A DNA stretch of 32,000 bases. Origin: Promethearchaeota archaeon (GTDB taxonomy: Archaea; Asgardarchaeota; Hermodarchaeia; Hermodarchaeales; Hermodarchaeaceae). The notes beneath the pieces are model-generated. The model was not told the origin of the DNA. It searched no databases and saw only the letters and a program-made list of their open reading frames with translations. The DNA is taken from positions 1-32,000 of the forward strand of contig JBHLMI010000007.1 of NCBI GenBank assembly GCA_048938295.1, given 5' to 3'. Positions 8,882 through 15,998 of the stretch are shown here, in pieces. Positions within the stretch are counted from its first letter, which is position 1; every line of letters begins with the position of its first letter. Position numbers and translations under genes: made by a program.

Positions 8882-10423
8882 TTACTCACCAATGGGAATT
8901 TTGAAGTCATAGGCTATGGGGCTTCTCATCGGGTTTGCGAGGATTTTGGGTATGTAGTCACCTAAGTCAAAGGCAATAAATCCTTGACCCTTCTCTTTGT
9001 AGGCTAATAGCCCTGCGGCGCCATTGACGAAGGCGCCTGCACAGGCGCTTAGAAAGGAATTGACCCCTTGGGCGCGAAAACCAGCTACGAGGCCCGCTAA
9101 AACGTCTCCAGTACCCCCTACGCTCATGACAGGATGGCCAGTCCAGTTCAGTTTCGTCTCTTTGGGTGTTGAGGTAATGTCAACAGGACCTTTCAATAGC
9201 ACAATACACTTGAGAGTTTTCGCCAAATCTCGGACCTGTTGTGCCCGTTGAAGGAGAGGTTTGGCGACGTCGATTCCACGAATTCGCTTGAATTCACCTG
9301 CATGAGGCGTTATGATTGTATTAATACCGATCGTCATTGCTCGTGATACGACTTTAAGAGCATCTGCATCAATCACTAGCGGTTTTTCCAAGCGATTAGC
9401 CATTGTCAGGATTTTCCCTGCTGTATCCAAGGTTTCATGATAATCGCTAAGTCCTGGTCCAATGAGCACGGCTTGCACTTTGGTGAGAGCGTCCTCGATT
9501 ATGGGGAGATCAGCATTCACCAATTTTTTCTCGCTTAATGTTACCGGTATGAAATCTGGAGAGTGGCTTGTTGCTGCATTAATAACCTGAGAGGGCGCAG
9601 CCAAGTACACTACGTCAACACCGCTGCGTAAGGCACCCATCGCAGCAAGAATGGGGGCACCAATATACTGTGGGCTTCCACCAATTACTAGTAACCGTCC
9701 AAAATCGCCTTTCTTCGTAAAAATTGATCGTGGCTGGGTTGCCCGTTTAACCTCTCCCGGTCCTACGTAAAGCTCCGCTTCAGGAGGAATCCCAACATCG
9801 GCGACTATCAGTTTACCTGTAAGTTCTTTGTTATTCGCTAAACCTACTTTGGCATAATGGAAGGTCACGGTTAAATCTGGGCGAAATGCATCAGGCGTTG
9901 TAAGTTGACCAGTGTTTGGATGAATGCCCGTAGGAACATCAATGGCAACCTTGAATGCCTTCATTTCGTTCATGAGTTGCAAAGTCTTGATGTACGGTGT
10001 GCGTGGTGGCCCTGTCACTCCTGTACCTAAGAGCGCATCTACCACTACGTCGACGCTGAGTTGGGGTAATTCAGATGTGTCTTGTACAATATGAAGGTCA
10101 ATGGAGTGACGCATTTTCTTGATAATATCCCAGTTTGTCGCTGCTTGTGAGTGTTTGATGTTTGAAGGATCTCCGAGTATTATCAGATGAACAACTCTAC
10201 TCTGAGAGGCGAGGTGACGGGCTGCCACGAACCCATCACCACCATTCCCTCCGAGTCCTGCGAAGATTGCCACACGAGGTAGCCGTTTACTTCGACGAAG
10301 GATCTCATGGGCTACTGCGCGCCCTGCATTTTCCATGAGTATTAATCGGTCGATTCCAATGAATTCAGCGTTCCACTCGATGGCGGTCATTTCCTCTGCC
10401 AAAAGTGTTCGTGTAGGCGACAT
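8882..10423 (-). CDS. nnr: Bifunctional NAD(P)H-hydrate epimerase/dehydratase (NnrE-NnrD, YjeF)
   Basis: LMENAG, GGNGGDG, DALLGTG, DVPTG; then KGDFG, IGPGL, VIDADAL, TPHAGEF, LLKG and GGTGDVLAG. Confidence 0.95.
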   Translation of the reverse strand: MSPTRTLLAEEMTAIEWNAEFIGIDRLILMENAGRAVAHEILRRSKRLPRVAIFAGLGGNGGDGFVAARHLASQSRVVHLIILGDPSNIKHSQAATNWDIIKKMRHSIDLHIVQDTSELPQLSVDVVVDALLGTGVTGPPRTPYIKTLQLMNEMKAFKVAIDVPTGIHPNTGQLTTPDAFRPDLTVTFHYAKVGLANNKELTGKLIVADVGIPPEAELYVGPGEVKRATQPRSIFTKKGDFGRLLVIGGSPQYIGAPILAAMGALRSGVDVVYLAAPSQVINAATSHSPDFIPVTLSEKKLVNADLPIIEDALTKVQAVLIGPGLSDYHETLDTAGKILTMANRLEKPLVIDADALKVVSRAMTIGINTIITPHAGEFKRIRGIDVAKPLLQRAQQVRDLAKTLKCIVLLKGPVDITSTPKETKLNWTGHPVMSVGGTGDVLAGLVAGFRAQGVNSFLSACAGAFVNGAAGLLAYKEKGQGFIAFDLGDYIPKILANPMRSPIAYDFKIPIGE

Positions 10424-10514
10424 AACAAATCACTCTTATATTTCAATAAGAAAACTAACAAACGATAAGGCTTTTGACTAGTTGTATGTATTATGATAAA
10501 ATATTGAATTTCGG

Positions 10515-10760
10515 GTGAAGCTTATGCCTAAAGCGTATGTCCTTATTGTCGCAAAAAAAGGTGTGCAAAAAGACGACCTACTCGAACCATTGATGAGTAT
10601 CGATGAGGTGAAGGAAGCATATCAAGTACTCTGGAATTTTGATGTCGTAGCTAAAATAGTTGTGAAAGATATTCGCCAATTGAAACATACCATAATCTCA
10701 AAAATTCGGCAACTCCCAGAAGTAGAAAAAACGGTTACACTCATCGCGGCCGAGAGCTAA
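10515..10760 (+). CDS. Stand-alone Lrp/AsnC ligand-binding (RAM) domain protein
   Basis: AYVLI...V.EAY.V...FDVVAKI...L...I..KIRQLPEV.KTVTLI pattern, 81 aa, no HTH. Confidence 0.85.
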   Translation: MKLMPKAYVLIVAKKGVQKDDLLEPLMSIDEVKEAYQVLWNFDVVAKIVVKDIRQLKHTIISKIRQLPEVEKTVTLIAAES

Positions 10761-10769
10761 CCTGCACGC

Positions 10770-11060
10770 TTAGCGCTTATCACTCCCCAACAAATATTTC
10801 AGTTCATCAGGCTCAAGATTGCGTGGAGGAAGTACAGCATCAGCACGATAAGGGCACTCTTTCACGTGTTTTCCGAAACTGTCAATCCAATCAAATAGCT
10901 GAGCATACATTACCATTGCCTGGTCTATTGATCCCCACCGAGCCTCCTCAAATATGTGATCCCAGCGTTCGGTAAGTTCCTGGAGAATTTCATCTCGGTC
11001 GGCATCATCGATAATCCGATAACCTTCATTCGTTATTCTTAACACAAGCAAGGATCCCAA
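10770..11060 (-). CDS. Hypothetical protein, 96 aa
   Basis: Fills the gap between the Lrp-domain gene and the tRNA-Lys promoter; plausible acidic helical sequence; family not recognised. Confidence 0.55.
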   Translation of the reverse strand: MGSLLVLRITNEGYRIIDDADRDEILQELTERWDHIFEEARWGSIDQAMVMYAQLFDWIDSFGKHVKECPYRADAVLPPRNLEPDELKYLLGSDKR

Positions 11061-11181
11061 GACTTCCTACACAAATTCTGCCTGTCTACTCTACGTTACA
11101 ACTCAAAAGCTTTATAGCAGGGTATTGTTGACTGAAAACCGGTACCACCCCCCGAGAAAGCAGGGCTCGTAGCTTAGCTAG

Positions 11182-11209
11182 TCGCACGGGAATATCCTGT
11201 ACGGGCAAA
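11182..11209 (+). other. tRNA-Lys D-loop intron, 28 nt, predicted at position 18/19, relaxed BHB
   Basis: Removal gives D-loop AGCUAGGUCA and restores G18G19. The insert forms a hairpin CGCACGGGA/TCCTGTACG; the central helix AGCT/GGCA has only 3 of 4 pairs. Confidence 0.7.
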
Positions 11210-11229
11210 GTCAGAGCATCGGGCTTTTA

Positions 11230-11293
11230 TAGAAGACGCTGAAAAAGGTGCCGTACGAGATTCGTACTCCAAGTTATTCTTGCTTCTAAAGAA
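11230..11293 (+). other. tRNA-Lys canonical 37/38 intron, 64 nt
   Basis: Perfect BHB: CTTT/AAAG central helix, bulges TA|T and AA|A, inner helix AGAAG/CTTCT. Confidence 0.93.
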
Positions 11294-11374
11294 ACCCGAG
11301 GGTCGCGGGTTCAAGTCCCGCCGAGCCCGCCATTTATTATGTGCTATTGATTACTCCGTGTGGCCATAAAGTAA

Positions 11375-11508
11375 TGGTGCAGGGGACGGGATTTGAACCC
11401 GCGCAGGCCTACGCCACTGGGGCCTGAACCCAGCCCGTATAGTCCTTGGAATAATCACCTGCTAGCGGGGATTCATTCGCAAGTTTGACCAAACTCTGGC
11501 ACCCCTGC
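11375..11508 (-). tRNA. tRNA-Leu(CAG) with D-loop intron and encoded CCA
   Basis: Reverse complement: acceptor GCAGGGG/CCCCTGC, discriminator A, CCA; anticodon stem CTGGG/CCCAG with loop TT-CAG-GC; long variable arm; T arm GCGGG-TTCAAAT-CCCGT. Mature length 88 nt after removing 46 nt. Confidence 0.93.
11439..11484 (-). other. tRNA-Leu non-canonical intron at position 21/22, 46 nt
   Basis: Full BHB: central helix GGTC/GACT, bulges AA|A and AT|A, inner helix CTTG/CAAG. Confidence 0.88.
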
Positions 11509-11582
11509 AAAGGACGAGGACATCCTTGCTAGTCCAAGGTTTGAGATAAAGTTTTTCTCTAATCGCGAATATACGAGAAATT

Positions 11583-12425
11583 GTGTCACCTCTGTTATCC
11601 TTTGAACGTCAGCGTTTTTGGAGCCGAAATCTACGAAACGCAGCAGGATTAGCCCGATTAAGAGTTTTAGAGTGTCTACGAAAAGGATCATGTCGTGATG
11701 CCGTCGGCACAGGGGCAGGGGGAGACACCACAAAGGAGTTTGATTCAGTAGCAGAACAAACAATGATTAGCTACTTAGAGAGATTCACCTCCTTCACTGT
11801 GATTAGCGAAGAGACTGGTACTACACAATGTGGACCTAACCCCGAAGGATTTCTCATCATGGATCCCATTGACGGCAGTACGAATGTCAGTCACGACATT
11901 TCATTTGCTTGTATCGCCATAGCTTATGGACCGGAGCTAATTTTTGACGCACTCGAGTGCGCTGTTGTATTAGATCTTTTTTCGGGCATTTGCTATCATG
12001 CTGTTAAAGGACAAGGAGCTTTTCGAGAAAGTGAAAGGATTTATCCCGCCGAGCCCACGCCTTTGGATACCAGTCTGGTCGGAGTCGATTCGAGGTTCCC
12101 TCCGGTCTCGTTGAGCATCCCATCAAAAGGGACCGACAAGCAGCGCGTTCGCTTTATCCGCCATTTTGGGGCAAACGCATTGGAATTATGTTATGTTGCA
12201 GATGGATCACTCGATGGATTCATTGATCTTCGAGGTGTTTTCCGAGGAACTGATTTAGCTGCCCCTAGCCTGATTCTTAACGAAGCTGGTGCAGCTTTGC
12301 TCGACCAAAAGGGGTTACCAGTCAAAGGGCAATGCACTAATGAAACGCACTATTCATATTTGGCTGCACGTGACGAGTCTTTCGCTAAAAATCTTTTAGC
12401 CCTTGCATCAGGCAAGGAAGAGTGA
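11583..12425 (+). CDS. Inositol monophosphatase / FBPase family protein
   Basis: SEE, DPIDGSTN, RHFGANALELCYVADG and TDLAA motifs; exact start uncertain. Confidence 0.88.
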   Translation: MSPLLSFERQRFWSRNLRNAAGLARLRVLECLRKGSCRDAVGTGAGGDTTKEFDSVAEQTMISYLERFTSFTVISEETGTTQCGPNPEGFLIMDPIDGSTNVSHDISFACIAIAYGPELIFDALECAVVLDLFSGICYHAVKGQGAFRESERIYPAEPTPLDTSLVGVDSRFPPVSLSIPSKGTDKQRVRFIRHFGANALELCYVADGSLDGFIDLRGVFRGTDLAAPSLILNEAGAALLDQKGLPVKGQCTNETHYSYLAARDESFAKNLLALASGKEE

Positions 12426-12445
12426 TTGAAAGTATTGCAGCAAAA

Positions 12446-12736
12446 TTAGTCATTGATTGTCTCGAGGATGGAAACCGCATTCCAGATTCCTGTTCGGGCG
12501 TGACTTGGGCAATTCGGATCAAGGGTTGCATCACCAAGTCGAGAAATCGCATTAGAAGCACGAACCGCGGCTGAACCTAGTTCACCATGAAGTAGCTCAA
12601 TCGCTTCATTGGCAGCTCGGCGAATGTTTCTGGGAACAGTGCTATCTTCGCCTATCTGCGAGAGAATCATTGTTGCTTTATCAATTCTTTGTACGCTCTC
12701 CTCAGAGAGCTCTTTGATCTTATTTTGTTTAGCCAT
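12446..12736 (-). CDS. UPF0147 family protein
   Basis: DSTVPRNIRRAA and DPNCPSHARTGIWNAVSILE. Start moved to the ATG at 12736 (MAKQNK) because GGGGAT lies just upstream. Confidence 0.88.
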   Translation of the reverse strand: MAKQNKIKELSEESVQRIDKATMILSQIGEDSTVPRNIRRAANEAIELLHGELGSAAVRASNAISRLGDATLDPNCPSHARTGIWNAVSILETIND

Positions 12737-12825
12737 ACAAAAATCCCCTCGGGAATCTATCTGTTGGATTCGATTTGCAGATACCAAGATTACTTAAAAG
12801 CTTTTTTCACTGATAATAGGAATAT

Positions 12826-13185
12826 ATGTCAGACGATCAAGTTACGAAACGGATGGGACAGCTGTTACGACAAGGTGCGGCACTACTAAACACGGCTTGT
12901 CCACAATGTAATACACCTCTTCTCCGATTACGGGATGGCTCGATGTATTGCGTAAAATGTGACAGAGAGGTCGTAGAACAGAAACCCTCACAAACAACCA
13001 CAGACCAGCGAATGGTCAGTGGTGATATTCTAGCCCAGCTTTCATCAAAGGTCTTGGCTAGCCTCGAGATTCTGATGCAATCACTTCCAGAGAAACCCCA
13101 TAAGGAAGAGATACGGGCTTTTGCGTCAACCGCGAAAGAACTGATTGAGATTCTTCGCGGAATTCAAGAACTGCAGAGTGGATAA
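12826..13185 (+). CDS. SSSCA1/UPF0148 family zinc-ribbon protein
   Basis: MGQLLRQGAALLNTACPQCNTPLL...YCVKC; divergent from UPF0147. Confidence 0.88.
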   Translation: MSDDQVTKRMGQLLRQGAALLNTACPQCNTPLLRLRDGSMYCVKCDREVVEQKPSQTTTDQRMVSGDILAQLSSKVLASLEILMQSLPEKPHKEEIRAFASTAKELIEILRGIQELQSG

Positions 13186-13189
13186 AGAA

Positions 13190-15481
13190 TTATTCTTCAG
13201 GCTCGTATTGTGCATCAAGTGTATCTCGAATGACCTGTGCTTTTATTTTCCCAACACCGTGTACTCCAGAGATCTCGTCCACGGTGGCATTAGCAAGATT
13301 TGTGATACTACCAAATTGGGCTAAAAGCCGCTTTGCTAAAGTAGTGTTCACTCCTGGGAAGCCTGCTACAATGAATTCTTGGAGGGCAGTAGTACTGAGA
13401 ACAGGTTTCTTACCACGTATGCTTAAGGTCATTTTCCGTGAACTTTGTTCTTGACGTGCGATAGCAAACATCAGAGCTGCTGCTTCATCAGCTGTTTTGA
13501 CGTTAATTATGGGTACGTTGAAGCTGGTTATTGCAGCAGAGATAGCTCCGCGAACTGCAGCAGGATTAATTCCACTCGATCCGTAAAGGCTTGGACCAAT
13601 TATTAGCAGAATAGGAATGTCAAAACTATCTTTGAGTGGCCCCAGCTGTTGGAATAGTCGTTTGTCAATGATAGATTGCGCAAAATCATCTGCGGTTTTC
13701 GCTTCAATAGCGACGCGGTCTGAGAGTATATAATCGGCAACTTCGAGTGTTTCGGCAATAATTCCGACATCGAGTTCTTTTAACGCCTTTGTAATCCCTG
13801 AGCGCAGTTCACGGTTGTCCACAATGATTTTAATTTCATCTGTTGCTTCGGGGCTTTGTTCTGGGGATTTTGGTTTGATGAAATCTTTTAGAGTGGATTG
13901 TTTTCGTTCACGTTCAACATCACGTGACAATTCGTTCATCTCCTTGAGTAGTTTCTTCATTTTTGCTTCTCGATGAATAGAGGCCCAATAATAACTTTGA
14001 TCACGCGTTCCCATTGCTACTAACACAATTACACGGCCAGGATGAGTTCTTGCCGTTCGTCCTCTGCGTTGGATAAGACGAACTGCGCTTGGTACGGCTT
14101 CGTAAAAAATAACTAAATCGCATTCTTGGATATCCAACCCTTCCTCACCTACACTAGTCGCCACCAAGATATTGTAGGTTCCCTCTCGAAAGTGTTGGAG
14201 AATTTCCCCTTGCTCCTTTTGCGTTAACCCACGGTCACCTGCCCGAGTTGCCTGGCCTACAAACCTTATGGGCCGTGAGTTCGTGGATGAGGACAGCGTT
14301 GATTCTAAGAGCTTGGCAGTATCGCGAAATCGAGTAAATATCATGATTCGTGAATTAGGCGATTTGGCTAGTTGCTGTTTCACGATTTCGACTAGTTCGT
14401 CAAGTTTGGGATGCTCAACTCTCTTGGCAGCTAATTTCAGGACTTGGCTTTGCGCTTCTATGACATTAGAATCCTGAACCACGCCTTGAACAGCCTTGGA
14501 AGCTTTGCCCCGTTTGGCTTCTTTTGCTAGCCCCTCGAAGTATCGTTGAAGAGCACTAACTCCTTGCGTTTCAAATAGTTCAACGCAATGATAAAGCCGG
14601 ATTATCGCCGCACAGTGAGAAACTAGTTGAAATAGATGGCTTGGTGGAGGAGTACTGCTAGAAATCTGGCGTTGGATTTCGCGCTGTGTCTGGAGAATGT
14701 GCCGAACGGATACGTTTTGTGGGTCACTTGAGTTAACAAAATCAGCTTCTTTTAACGGGATAAGACGCTCTTTAATGGCGCGTCGTAGAGCTTTTCCAAT
14801 CTCGAGGAATTCAGCTGGTAGTTTGAGTTCCAGCCATTCAAAATCAACGGGAGGCAGGTAGGGTGCAACATCTGGACTCTCCCGTGTTCGGAGCTCGATA
14901 TTGACGATTCCAAGGTTGGCTACGATTTCTCGAATCTTTTCAATTTCTGATCCCGGTGACGCGGTTAACGCTAACACGAGTGGTGTTTGAGCTTGTTTTT
15001 GATATTGGTTAGCAATGAAGACATAGGCATAGTCGCCAATAGCCCGGTGGGCTTCATCGAAGACCAGTAAAGAAACATTTTCCAATGTATAGCGTCCCGC
15101 TAGCAAGTCGTTTTGCAGGACCTGTGGGGTCATAAAAGCAACAATGAATTGCTTCCAGAGGAGTTGGCGTTTTTGTGGAGGACTTTCACCTGTGATCACT
15201 ACGAGTTGGTCTTCTGGGATTTCCATGAAGTCGCTGAAGGTCTTCATATGCTGTAGTACAAGCGGTTTGGTCGGCGCAAGAATGATACACTTAGAGGTGG
15301 GAACCTTCTTCAGCTGGTATGCTGCGGCTAGAACCGCGAGAACCGTTTTTCCAACACCTGTGGGAAGGACAACGAGGGTATTCCATTTAATTGCTGTTCC
15401 AATGATTGTCTCTTGGTAGAGCCTTTTCTCAATGGTCTTCCGTTTGATGAGGGGGTGTTGGACAAAATCCGACTCTGACAT
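13190..15481 (-). CDS. hef: Hef: FANCM-like SF2 helicase fused to an ERCC4/XPF nuclease and HhH domains
   Basis: PTGVGKT, DEAH, TASPG, ATSVGEEGLD, QRRGRTAR; then VDNRE...DY...EAK...D and HhH GVNTTLA/GVGKIKA. Confidence 0.95.
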   Translation of the reverse strand: MSESDFVQHPLIKRKTIEKRLYQETIIGTAIKWNTLVVLPTGVGKTVLAVLAAAYQLKKVPTSKCIILAPTKPLVLQHMKTFSDFMEIPEDQLVVITGESPPQKRQLLWKQFIVAFMTPQVLQNDLLAGRYTLENVSLLVFDEAHRAIGDYAYVFIANQYQKQAQTPLVLALTASPGSEIEKIREIVANLGIVNIELRTRESPDVAPYLPPVDFEWLELKLPAEFLEIGKALRRAIKERLIPLKEADFVNSSDPQNVSVRHILQTQREIQRQISSSTPPPSHLFQLVSHCAAIIRLYHCVELFETQGVSALQRYFEGLAKEAKRGKASKAVQGVVQDSNVIEAQSQVLKLAAKRVEHPKLDELVEIVKQQLAKSPNSRIMIFTRFRDTAKLLESTLSSSTNSRPIRFVGQATRAGDRGLTQKEQGEILQHFREGTYNILVATSVGEEGLDIQECDLVIFYEAVPSAVRLIQRRGRTARTHPGRVIVLVAMGTRDQSYYWASIHREAKMKKLLKEMNELSRDVERERKQSTLKDFIKPKSPEQSPEATDEIKIIVDNRELRSGITKALKELDVGIIAETLEVADYILSDRVAIEAKTADDFAQSIIDKRLFQQLGPLKDSFDIPILLIIGPSLYGSSGINPAAVRGAISAAITSFNVPIINVKTADEAAALMFAIARQEQSSRKMTLSIRGKKPVLSTTALQEFIVAGFPGVNTTLAKRLLAQFGSITNLANATVDEISGVHGVGKIKAQVIRDTLDAQYEPEE

Positions 15482-15580
15482 TCCAATCTCAGCATATTTT
15501 ATGTGTATGAGAAGATTTTTGTTTGAAACAACTTTATTACCCGCATTTATATTCCACTATACTCCACGTCCTTATGGAAT

Positions 15581-15928
15581 TTGAGCGTGTTTGTGATGGC
15601 AAAATCCAATGTACCCTCGATGACTGAGGCAGAAGTTTACGAATTGCAGATGCCTGGGAACATTATCGGCAAAGAGGTTATCGATGGAAGTGCCCGTCGA
15701 ATCGGGATTGTTCGCAGCCTCCGAATCATGCTACCACCCGGAAAAGTTGAGCTTCAGGTTAAAGGCTTAGGTGTTGAACTGCCAGTAGATGTCTCCAACA
15801 TTGCTGCAGTTGGTAATGTGATTCAACTCTCAAACACTGTCAAAGAAGCCGAAGAGATTTCAATTACTGATGTTCAACGCTTACGGAATGAAACTTGGAG
15901 TGAAGTTCAAGGTCTCATCAGTCGATAG
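15581..15928 (+). CDS. PRC-barrel domain protein
   Basis: IIGKEVID...RIGIV..L.I...V.L...VDVSNIAAVGNVIQL pattern; start uncertain. Confidence 0.72.
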   Translation: MSVFVMAKSNVPSMTEAEVYELQMPGNIIGKEVIDGSARRIGIVRSLRIMLPPGKVELQVKGLGVELPVDVSNIAAVGNVIQLSNTVKEAEEISITDVQRLRNETWSEVQGLISR

Positions 15929-15998
15929 CCTGAATTCAAAGTGGAAATACCAGAGTTTTTATTTTCAACCTCTAAAATTCTTTGAACGAAAACGCACA

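Larger units (their letters stand above)
11163..11332 (+). tRNA. tRNA-Lys(UUU) with two introns and encoded CCA
   Basis: Acceptor GGGCTCG/CGAGCCC, discriminator G, CCA; D stem GCTT/GAGC; anticodon stem TCGGG/CCCGA with loop CT-TTT-A|A; T arm GCGGG-TTCAAGT-CCCGC. Confidence 0.93.

Noticed and set aside
10435-10450. CTTAT-N6-ATAAG inverted repeat upstream of nnr and the Lrp-domain gene
   Set aside because: Five-bp AT-rich arms are expected by chance, and the neighbouring Lrp protein lacks a DNA-binding domain.
11230-11293. Box C/D guide in the canonical tRNA-Lys intron
   Set aside because: A CTGA is present but no box C-like word; only a GTACGA/TCGTAC hairpin.
11473-11763. 96-aa minus-strand ORF
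   Set aside because: Overlaps tRNA-Leu and is antisense to the IMPase gene.
15870-15998. Extended N-terminus of the PUA/PAPS ORF
   Set aside because: Overlaps the PRC-barrel gene; recognisable sequence begins at ATG 15999.
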